Below, in pieces: positions 15,147-22,629 of a stretch of DNA of 24,000 bases. The notes below the pieces were generated by a model that saw only the letters and a program-made list of their open reading frames with translations, did no database searches and was not told the origin of the DNA. Within the stretch, counting starts at the first letter, position 1; each line of letters begins with the position of its first letter. This DNA is from Oceanobacter antarcticus (lineage in GTDB: Bacteria > Pseudomonadota > Gammaproteobacteria > Pseudomonadales > Oceanobacteraceae): assembly GCF_044962685.1 (NCBI RefSeq), contig NZ_JBBKTX010000028.1, forward strand, positions 32,225 to 56,224, written 5' to 3'. The position numbers and the translations under genes are program-made.

Positions 15147-17494
15147 AGGGTTTTACTTTCAAGCGCTGGATCGGCCCTGATCTGCGCCTCGGTAAACGGC
15201 AGCTTGGGCCAATACTGTCGGGAGAAGAGTTCAGTTTGATCCAAGAAATGCTCAGACAGCGGATCACTGGACTGGGAATAGGTTAATAGCCCTTGGGCCT
15301 GCGGCCCGCCATCAGTGAACTCAACCAGTTGAATATAGCTACTGCCACTTTTCACCCTGTAATATTCACCTTCGCGCTTGGACTCAATGACATTGTAGAC
15401 ACCCAGTTCACCATAACTCCCGGGAATGGGAATGCTGTGATCGTTATTCCCGGCGACCTGAATATCCCCCCAACGGATATTGTCACGCAGACCACTTTCT
15501 TCTAATTTTTTCTCCACAGCAACCAATTCAGTGATCACGGCTTTCACCACAGCGGGATTATTCAGGTTGATACCACGCGGCGTATTCACCGGGTCATTAG
15601 AATCAAACGGAACACGCCAGCTATTTTTTATTTGCACAAAATGTTCAGCAAATTGCATAAACAACAACAAGCCAGATCCACTGTTGAGATTAGCTTTACC
15701 ATCCCACTGAGCCAGCCGGGCACAGGCACGCGCAAATGCTTCGCCGTCATTTTGTGACCGGCACACGTTAAGAAGATCATCCATAATCAAATCGGCCAAG
15801 TACACTTGGTTGTCTATCACCAATCCCTGTAATTCGGAGGGAGTTATATTTTCTGGTTGCTGAAGTCGGCTGAGGGCAAATCGTGCTCTTAACCCGAGTG
15901 GTAATATCGACCGACTAACCAATGGCGAAAAACCTGACAGCGGGCTGGAGGGATTGCTTAGCCAGGCACTGTCGTTGGAGTTCTGAACATAATCCTCACG
16001 CATCAATACCGGCAATTCTTCTGTCGGCACGATGCCAGGTTGGACTGCTCGCTCGTCAACGACCCAATCGCACTGCCGCACTGACCCGTCGAGCACCACC
16101 AGTCCGTGATTAAGCAGTGCCGGATCGGCGCAGCGACTTAGTTGGTTGACAGTCACATTGGGAACGACGGACTGGTTCATATACAACGCTTTGCCCTCGC
16201 TATCAACTGCCACCGTATTAACCCAGGGAATGCCCTGCCACCACGCCACATTTTCACGTAACGCATCGCTGCTTTGTGCCTGGTTTACCGCATACCACTG
16301 TGCCAACACGCGAGTATTTTCCCGGTTGGCATCACGCAACACAAAAGCGACTGCCTTGTTCCACTCGAGCATGTCGGGGATAACAATGACCGGTCCGTAC
16401 TCCGATTCATAAATATCACGCTTGACTGTGGACAAGCCCTTTTCACCCTTTACCGTAACTTCCAGCGTGTTTTTCCTAAGCGGACGAGACTCGCCGTCCA
16501 CGATATAACGCATGGAATTGTCAGGATCGAGCATCAATCGATAAAGTGTAAAGTGACTGGAAGTATCGACTGTATGGGTCCAGGCAACGTGCTGATTAAA
16601 GCCGATATTGATCAATGGCAGTCCCGGCAATGCAGCGCCCATCACATCCAACTCCCCAGGAATAGTTAGATGCATTTGATAAAAACGCTGCGCTCCCGCT
16701 CCCCAAGGAAAATGCGGGTTGGCCAGCAACAAACCGTTGCCATTGCTTGAACGCGCCTTGCCCACAGCGATCGCATTACTGCCGAGCGACGAGACGGATT
16801 GACTGCCAAAGAACGTATTGCCGAAAGCTTTGTTATCCCATAATGCCTCTTTATCAAATCCGACAAGCCCAGGCATTTGAGTGGCATCCGCTCGGCCAGA
16901 CAAGTTTTGCTGTGGCTCTGGTGGCCTCGCCGTGACCAAAGGCCCAACAAACTGCTTCACCCCCCCTTCAACCAACAGGCTGCGAACAAGACGGACCAGA
17001 TCATGAGTAGCAATGGACTTTAGCCACGCTTCACCCTGACAACTGATAGTGTCCGTTGTCAGCTCTGCCAGATAATGGTTGAAACCCTCAGCATAGCCGG
17101 TAAGCAATTGTTGGATAGGTTCCGGCTGTTCCCGCCAGAAGGTATCGATCTCATCGTCGGTATTCAACCAGGTGTAAAAGATGTCAGAAGCCAGATTATT
17201 CAGACCAGCGGATGACTTTCCTTCGGCACCAAAAAAACGGGAGCGCTCTCCTCGCACAGTCACCACCTCCTGCGCCAGCAGGCAAGCGTTGTCACGGGCA
17301 TACGCGTAACCGATGCCATAGCCCAAATCGACTTCGTTATTAGCCTGAATGTGAGGTATGCCGTGTGTTGTCCAGCGGATATCCGCTATCCGCTGACCTG
17401 TGGTGGGATTGACGGCACATCCCGCTAGAAGTACGACAATGATTAATGAAAGAAATGTTTTTAAACGATAAAAGCCAGAAGAACTAATCGGCAT
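15134..17494 (-). CDS. pvdQ: Ntn-hydrolase acylase PvdQ (pyoverdine precursor / acyl-homoserine-lactone acylase)
   Basis: 786 aa, collinear with P. aeruginosa PvdQ from recall: ADIRWTTHGIPHIQA; LGYGIGYAYARDNACLLA; the autoprocessing site G-SNAIAVG; LLLANPHFPW; FYQMHLTIPG; VNIGFNQHVAWTHTVDTSSHFTLYRL; QGIPWVNT; YVQNSNDSAWL; TYSQSSDP. AGGAG/AAGGGG lies upstream of ATG 17494. The N-terminus carries a lipobox (VVLLAG-C26). Confidence 0.9.
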   Translation of the reverse strand: MPISSSGFYRLKTFLSLIIVVLLAGCAVNPTTGQRIADIRWTTHGIPHIQANNEVDLGYGIGYAYARDNACLLAQEVVTVRGERSRFFGAEGKSSAGLNNLASDIFYTWLNTDDEIDTFWREQPEPIQQLLTGYAEGFNHYLAELTTDTISCQGEAWLKSIATHDLVRLVRSLLVEGGVKQFVGPLVTARPPEPQQNLSGRADATQMPGLVGFDKEALWDNKAFGNTFFGSQSVSSLGSNAIAVGKARSSNGNGLLLANPHFPWGAGAQRFYQMHLTIPGELDVMGAALPGLPLINIGFNQHVAWTHTVDTSSHFTLYRLMLDPDNSMRYIVDGESRPLRKNTLEVTVKGEKGLSTVKRDIYESEYGPVIVIPDMLEWNKAVAFVLRDANRENTRVLAQWYAVNQAQSSDALRENVAWWQGIPWVNTVAVDSEGKALYMNQSVVPNVTVNQLSRCADPALLNHGLVVLDGSVRQCDWVVDERAVQPGIVPTEELPVLMREDYVQNSNDSAWLSNPSSPLSGFSPLVSRSILPLGLRARFALSRLQQPENITPSELQGLVIDNQVYLADLIMDDLLNVCRSQNDGEAFARACARLAQWDGKANLNSGSGLLLFMQFAEHFVQIKNSWRVPFDSNDPVNTPRGINLNNPAVVKAVITELVAVEKKLEESGLRDNIRWGDIQVAGNNDHSIPIPGSYGELGVYNVIESKREGEYYRVKSGSSYIQLVEFTDGGPQAQGLLTYSQSSDPLSEHFLDQTELFSRQYWPKLPFTEAQIRADPALESKTLWKQ

Positions 17495-17533
17495 TTTTGT
17501 CCCCTTATTCTCCTGACATCGTTGTGGCAGATA

Positions 17534-17557
17534 ACGAGCAAGCAGAAAAGAAATTTA
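17534..17557 (-). promoter_or_regulatory. PvdS-type iron-starvation (IS) box promoter for pvdQ-PPTase
   Basis: The minus strand reads gtcaTAAATttcttttctgcttgctCGTtat, an exact TAAAT-N16-CGT. The CGT ends ~40 nt upstream of the pvdQ ATG, leaving room for a short leader with the SD. Confidence 0.7.
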
Positions 17558-17662
17558 TGACTTGCTTTCCCGGGGGGAACAATGCCACCCAGAATAACGT
17601 TTTACCTGATACTTTATATCCACAATAAGGATCAATCGGTCGTTTCAAACGCCGGCAACGTT

Positions 17663-18496
17663 TCACGCTCCACCCACCTGAGCCATAATTTCAAGACCAC
17701 GACTAAGCGCTGGGAATAAACTATTGTGGAAATTATTCCAACGCAACTCGAATATGGTGTCTTTCGGTGAAATGGTTGTGTTGAGCATATCCATGATCAC
17801 CTTGCCGGAATCAATTCCGTTATCAACGTAGTGAAATGACGCTCCGGTTTTTAGTAACGGAGGAACAGAGATCTTTTCCATTGTTTCCCAGTTCACCACC
17901 TTTTCCCCTCGCGCCCCGTACAGGGCATCCAGTGTTGCATAGGCACCACGGCGCTGATACAGGGAATCCGGGGCAGTAATACCCGGATGGATATTAACGA
18001 TTTTGCCTCGATACAGACCGCCTGGCCGGACCAGCTCATCAAGAATAACCAAAAGGCCGTCCAACACCACCACGTCTGCCTCCAATTCGACCAGCTTATC
18101 CTGCAAGTTTTTTTCAAAAATCCGTTTTCCCGCTATCCGCTCAGGCGCACCCACCGGGTAACGCCGGTAAGCTGAGGGGATAGAACAAAGCTTGTCGCAC
18201 AACTTCTCTCCCCACACAGACAAATCTTGCGGGAAAACCCACTGCGTTCTTTCATCAGGGGAAAACCCATAACCCTCAAGCTTTTTACAATCCGTTGCTG
18301 AGAGTTCATCGTCATCATGAATAATCGCTTTCAGTGAGTATTGCTCCCCCAAAGCTGTATCATTCAGTTGACCAACCAGATACTCCAGCGGCGACATCAT
18401 ATAGCGGCGTTCACCACGATAATCTATGTGCTGCCCAGCCCTATCCGCTGCAGCGTTCCTCAATGACCATATATAAACAAGGTTTTTATTTTTCAT
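17663..18496 (-). CDS. pvdF: N5-hydroxyornithine formyltransferase PvdF (GART/formyltransferase fold)
   Basis: 277 aa from ATG 18496 (the track ORF starts at an upstream TTG, 18538). Formyltransferase core: VVLDGLLVILDELVRPGGLYRGKIVNIHPGIT. It also contains ...RRGAYATLDALYGARGEKVVNWETMEK...GASFHYVDNGIDSG. The N-terminus (LVYIWSLRNAAADRAG..YRGERRYMMSPLEY) fits my recollection of PvdF. It lies 48 nt downstream of pvdA. Confidence 0.75.
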   Translation of the reverse strand: MKNKNLVYIWSLRNAAADRAGQHIDYRGERRYMMSPLEYLVGQLNDTALGEQYSLKAIIHDDDELSATDCKKLEGYGFSPDERTQWVFPQDLSVWGEKLCDKLCSIPSAYRRYPVGAPERIAGKRIFEKNLQDKLVELEADVVVLDGLLVILDELVRPGGLYRGKIVNIHPGITAPDSLYQRRGAYATLDALYGARGEKVVNWETMEKISVPPLLKTGASFHYVDNGIDSGKVIMDMLNTTISPKDTIFELRWNNFHNSLFPALSRGLEIMAQVGGA

Positions 18497-18544
18497 TACA
18501 ATTTCACACCCATCATTCCGCCAATAAAAGAAACACAACTTTTG

Positions 18545-19885
18545 TTATTCAAATTTTTCAGCCTCTATGGCCATTTCATTATCCTCCGTAGGCGCATATT
18601 GATGATATAGGTAATTATGTAATGAAGTTGCTATTTCCTCAGATCGGTATGGTAAGACGGATAATAGCGTGTCACTCAAACCGTGCGTTAGCTCGCAAAA
18701 ACCCTGCATATAGATAGCCGGCTTAAACCGTGAGTCGGTCTGGAGGCGATAATCCCGACCAACGGTATATTCACCAAGATACTGATCGAGCCCGGACAAC
18801 AATTCATGACGAAGATCCCGGTCGTAACCAGTTGCGAGAATCACTGCGTCATAGTGATCCCTGCAAACTTCACCGCTTGCTTTATTTCTTAGCTCGATAC
18901 TTACACCTTCACTGCCCGCCTCTGCTTGTACGACTTCCATTAGACGACGATAGCGATGACGCGCTTGACCATCGACTTTTTGAAGATAGTAAATGCCGTA
19001 AATACGTTCTATAAGCGCCAAGTCAACAACCGCATAATTGGTATTCTGGTATTCCTGTATATATCTAGCTCTCTCGGAGGGGTCCTGCCGATAAATCAAG
19101 TCTGTGAATTCTGGATCAAATATCTCATTCACAAAGGGCGTATCATCCGACGGTTTCACAGAAGACCCACGGATAATCCAGTCCACCGACACCGATGGAT
19201 AACAGTCATTGAGATCAATAAAGGCTTCCGCCGCACTCTGCCCTCCACCAATGATTGCGATACGCATCGGTACAGCAGGCGTTATCTCCAGCGCCTTAAC
19301 AAAAGGCTTATAGTTAGCATGATGGAAAATTTTCGGGTTGCCACCAAGATGCCTGAAAGGCTCGGGAATATGCGGTTTGCCTCCCGTACTTATAACAACC
19401 GAGCGGGTCTCGTGACATTGTTCCACACCATCCTTACCCTGTGCTACAACTCGTAAAGCCTCTACAATACCGTTTCGCTCAATGGGCTCAACGGCCCGCA
19501 CTTCCTGATCATATTGACACAATGATTTGAAGTGTCCGGCAGCCCAACGCAAATAATCATTGAACTCCATACGACACGGATAAAGAGTTCCCAAATTTAT
19601 AAAATTCACTAGACGCTGGTGCTTGTGCAAATAGTTAATGAAGGAGTAAGGGCTTTCAGGATTACGCAGTGAGACAAGATCTTTCAAAAATGAAATTTGC
19701 AAATCTGACTGACTAACCAGTGTATTCCCATGCCATTGATAATCTTCCTGCTTATCCAAAAACAATGCACGCATTGAACCGCAAGAGGCGCTCTGTTCTT
19801 CCATAGCAATCGCCAAGGCCAAATTAGACGGGCCAAAACCTATGCCAACCATATCGTATAGCGTGCGATCAGTTTTTTGTGTCAT
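18545..19885 (-). CDS. pvdA: L-ornithine N5-monooxygenase PvdA (flavin-dependent N-hydroxylase, IucD/SidA family)
   Basis: 446 aa, with long identical runs to P. aeruginosa PvdA from recall: GFGPSN.ALAIA; FLDKQ.DY.WHGNTLVSQS.LQISFLKDLVSLRNP.SPYSF.NYLHKH.RLV.FINLGT.YPCRMEFNDYLRW; IAIIGGGQSAAEAFIDLND.YPSV; ILATGY.R; HGLSDTLLSVLP.R.EEI. AGAGG lies ~9 nt upstream of the ATG. Confidence 0.93.
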   Translation of the reverse strand: MTQKTDRTLYDMVGIGFGPSNLALAIAMEEQSASCGSMRALFLDKQEDYQWHGNTLVSQSDLQISFLKDLVSLRNPESPYSFINYLHKHQRLVNFINLGTLYPCRMEFNDYLRWAAGHFKSLCQYDQEVRAVEPIERNGIVEALRVVAQGKDGVEQCHETRSVVISTGGKPHIPEPFRHLGGNPKIFHHANYKPFVKALEITPAVPMRIAIIGGGQSAAEAFIDLNDCYPSVSVDWIIRGSSVKPSDDTPFVNEIFDPEFTDLIYRQDPSERARYIQEYQNTNYAVVDLALIERIYGIYYLQKVDGQARHRYRRLMEVVQAEAGSEGVSIELRNKASGEVCRDHYDAVILATGYDRDLRHELLSGLDQYLGEYTVGRDYRLQTDSRFKPAIYMQGFCELTHGLSDTLLSVLPYRSEEIATSLHNYLYHQYAPTEDNEMAIEAEKFE

Positions 19886-19995
19886 GCGTCATACCTCTAT
19901 TAAGCCACTTTTTAAGTTAGGGAGATGAAGCACAACTCTCCTTTCTATTGCGTGTTTTTTCCTAGGAGTCGTCAACACCTCTAATAAACTAGGAA

Positions 19996-20019
19996 ACGAA
20001 CTGTTTCCCCGTAAATTTA
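19996..20019 (-). promoter_or_regulatory. PvdS-type IS-box promoter for pvdA-pvdF
   Basis: The minus strand reads tTAAATttacggggaaacagttCGTttcc, an exact TAAAT-N16-CGT. The CGT lies ~110 nt upstream of the pvdA ATG. The TAAAT element overlaps the TAA stop of the upstream pvdP-like gene (20017-20019). Confidence 0.7.
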
Positions 20020-21627
20020 AGCCAGTTTTAAATTTCTGGCGTACCATGGCCTGCGCGGAGTACGTTTCAATAAATTAGACACATCCTCCTCGCCACTGAA
20101 CGCAATGCGCAATGCAAGCTTCATTTCCCCTGTATTCAATGCCACAGCACCACCTCCTTCACCAGGCGGCACGCAACCATATAACACAGCTCCAAGCCAG
20201 GGATCTCCCACCTGCACCCAGCGACCTGGGGCAAACCAGGGCACCCCTTTAACTATTTGTCGCTTCACTTCACCGGGATGAACACGCTCATGGGCCCGAA
20301 ACCAGTCCTCAATGCGATCATCGATCCAGCCATGGAACATCCAGAACACCGGGTTAACATGAGAGGAAAAAGGATCACCGAGATAATCGTTTTCCGGCAG
20401 AAACCAACGAGAGGAAAAGTCTGTATAGTTACGGTCCCAAAACAGCGGCATACCATTGCTTGGGTCGCGGGTCACGGTAGCCCAGCGCATATGCAACCAG
20501 TCGTGAATGCCCAATTCCAACTCTGAGCCAAACTCCCCCAGAGTCATCCTACTCAGATACTCGGGGTCCTGATACAGCGACTCCCACACTTGGTAATTGC
20601 TATAAAAACTTGCACTACCCTTCACCCCACGTAACCACTGAGCGTATTCCGCGTCATTCTGCGGCTCCCAGGCCGGCGGTACGGAGCAGCCGTCACTGTT
20701 TTCGTAGTAACGAATAAATTCCTGGCGATCACACTCAATAAACGGTACTGGTGACGGGAGTCGGGACCAGCACATCAGATCCGGCTGCAACGCCCGAGCC
20801 CGCCGCACCATATCCCGATGCATAAACAGAAAATCCTCACCGGAACCGTTGCGATGCTTGTTCTTTCCTCTGGCATCACGCTCATTACCGACTGGCCCCG
20901 GCTGCCAGTTCAATCCACGCAACGCTTCACGCTTTTCCTCAGGCAGCCTGTGCCATTTATCACGAGAGGCATGCCAGACTTGGTGAAACAAACGATGTTC
21001 CGCCGACACCAGCCATTCCTGTAAAACAGGCGTGTAAGTGATACGCTCCTTCGCCTCGGGGAAGCGATGCTTCCGAGCAATAAAGGCATATTGCCGGTCC
21101 GGGAGCTGCAGAGAACGATTGAGATCGCGCATTTTGCCACTTAAAGTACCATCCCCTGCATTACTCCAGTTACTCCACACCTCATCCAGGATGACATCAC
21201 ATTCATACCGAGGAGTATCGCTCTCACAGATCAGCCAGCGAAGTTTGGCACCCTCTATATTGATCAGGCTTCCCGTTATACGGTAATCAGGCTCACTGTC
21301 ACCACGCAATGCTACCGCCGTCCCCAGATAACCACGCAAAGCTCGCCCCGTAGCTCCCACATCCAACACCATTTCCAGATCATCTTGCGACAGACTTCCC
21401 AAACTCCCCGATCCACCCAACAAGCGAAAATCCCAAATACCACGCAGCCGACCGGCCAACCGCTCGCCGTTGTCAGTGGCAGGCTCAACTACCGCTTCAC
21501 CAGGAGTCACCTCCTTATCATTGCTAATGAGCCTGCTTCTGATTTCCCGCTGGCCATAATAGATACCTGGAATCACCAAGCCGGCAGCAGAAATAGACGC
21601 CAGAAACTTTCTACGGGAAAACTTCAT
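20017..21627 (-). CDS. pvdP: Periplasmic tyrosinase-like copper oxidase PvdP (pyoverdine chromophore maturation), Tat-exported
   Basis: 536 aa. Twin-arginine signal: MKFSRRKFLASISAAGLV. Tyrosinase CuB-type signature near the C-terminus: LELGIHDWLHMRW ... SSHVNPVFWMFHGWIDDRIEDWF. Its size and its divergent position relative to pvdM match PvdP in P. aeruginosa, from memory. Confidence 0.7.
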   Translation of the reverse strand: MKFSRRKFLASISAAGLVIPGIYYGQREIRSRLISNDKEVTPGEAVVEPATDNGERLAGRLRGIWDFRLLGGSGSLGSLSQDDLEMVLDVGATGRALRGYLGTAVALRGDSEPDYRITGSLINIEGAKLRWLICESDTPRYECDVILDEVWSNWSNAGDGTLSGKMRDLNRSLQLPDRQYAFIARKHRFPEAKERITYTPVLQEWLVSAEHRLFHQVWHASRDKWHRLPEEKREALRGLNWQPGPVGNERDARGKNKHRNGSGEDFLFMHRDMVRRARALQPDLMCWSRLPSPVPFIECDRQEFIRYYENSDGCSVPPAWEPQNDAEYAQWLRGVKGSASFYSNYQVWESLYQDPEYLSRMTLGEFGSELELGIHDWLHMRWATVTRDPSNGMPLFWDRNYTDFSSRWFLPENDYLGDPFSSHVNPVFWMFHGWIDDRIEDWFRAHERVHPGEVKRQIVKGVPWFAPGRWVQVGDPWLGAVLYGCVPPGEGGGAVALNTGEMKLALRIAFSGEEDVSNLLKRTPRRPWYARNLKLA

Positions 21628-21684
21628 CCGGACAGAACCTCAACGCATAACAAAAATTGCATTCATCAAATCTCCGATAAGGTT

Positions 21685-22284
21685 CTAGTTCTTTGTTCCT
21701 TCTATACTCAATTCCATTTCCAAGCTGGCCGAAGCCGATCCTAAATCGTAGTCAATGCCAAATTCGCCCGGCGTCAATATCAATCGCCCCCAAAACCCCG
21801 CGCGATACCCACCCCACGGGTCTTTTCCTTCACCCACTTTAGAGACCTCAATAACAACCTGGCGAGTCACACCATGCAGCGTCAAATTCCCCATTATTGT
21901 TCCTTCACTGGCATCGCCTTCATAGCTAGCCGCCGTAAATACAGCCTTGGGAAAACGCGCAACATCCAGAAAATCATCACTGCGCAAGTGTTTATCTCGC
22001 TCAGCATGATTGGTATCAATGCTATCGGCCGCTATCTCCACTTTTATATAACTCTGTTCGAGTTTGTTCGAATCATACGAGAACGACCCCTGCAACGTAT
22101 TAAAGCGACCATACAACCAGCTGTAACCCAAATGCTGAACTCTAAATTCCACAAAAGAATGCGTCGGATCAATGATGTAATCCGAAGCAAACAAATGGGT
22201 TGAAAAACCGAAAAAACCAATCAGCACAAAAGATAATTTTTGCAGTGCGCTTCTCCATCCACTGCTTATGGTGCTTCTTAACAT
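21685..22284 (-). CDS. YceI-family periplasmic (polyisoprenoid/lipid-binding, lipocalin-like) protein
   Basis: 199 aa. Sec signal ending ...STHLFA-SD. YceI hallmarks: YIIDPTHSFVEFRVQHLGYSWLYGRF, DTNHAERDKHLRSDDFLDVARFP, GNLTLHGVTRQV. AGGAGAG lies 7 nt upstream of the ATG. There is a 57-nt gap to the pvdP start. Confidence 0.9.
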   Translation of the reverse strand: MLRSTISSGWRSALQKLSFVLIGFFGFSTHLFASDYIIDPTHSFVEFRVQHLGYSWLYGRFNTLQGSFSYDSNKLEQSYIKVEIAADSIDTNHAERDKHLRSDDFLDVARFPKAVFTAASYEGDASEGTIMGNLTLHGVTRQVVIEVSKVGEGKDPWGGYRAGFWGRLILTPGEFGIDYDLGSASASLEMELSIEGTKN

Positions 22285-22422
22285 AGCTCTGCTCTCCTAA
22301 TAGCCTTTAAAATTTGACCCGTTAACATCAACACAATATTGGCATCCCGAATCGCCGAGTGCATGAGCGCGTCACACACAAACAAACCGACACAACTATT
22401 CAGTTCACGTTATTAAGGGTAA

Positions 22423-22446
22423 ACGTAGAGAATTGACGAGAATTTA
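22423..22446 (-). promoter_or_regulatory. PvdS-type IS-box promoter for yceI-pvdP
   Basis: The minus strand reads gtttTAAATtctcgtcaattctctaCGTtt, an exact TAAAT-N16-CGT, ~140 nt upstream of the yceI ATG. Confidence 0.65.
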
Positions 22447-22455
22447 AAACCAGCG

Positions 22456-22479
22456 GAAATTTTATCCCTGCATCGGCGT
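22456..22479 (+). promoter_or_regulatory. IS-box-like promoter (GAAAT-N16-CGT) for pvdM
   Basis: The plus strand reads gcgGAAATtttatccctgcatcggCGTc. It has one mismatch to TAAAT with the correct 16-nt spacing, ~150 nt upstream of ATG 22630. It sits back-to-back with the yceI IS box, with 9 bp between the two -35 elements. Confidence 0.5.
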
Positions 22480-22629
22480 CAACAGGCCCCAGCCACAGTT
22501 TCAGATACAACCTTGAACCCATCCAAAACCCACCAATCCACACCACTCTTTGCAGGGTTGATGGCATCGAGTAAATTTCTGCCACAACCACTCGTTACCA
22601 TCGGTACTACGAGCACATATGAGGCCCCA

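Noticed and set aside
21641-21668. TGAAT-N15-CGT in the 57-nt yceI-pvdP gap, considered as a possible separate IS-box promoter for pvdP
   Set aside because: It has one mismatch and the wrong spacing (15 rather than 16). The CGT is only 18 nt from the pvdP ATG, so a transcript from it would have almost no leader upstream of the GAGG SD. Co-transcription with yceI is the simpler reading.
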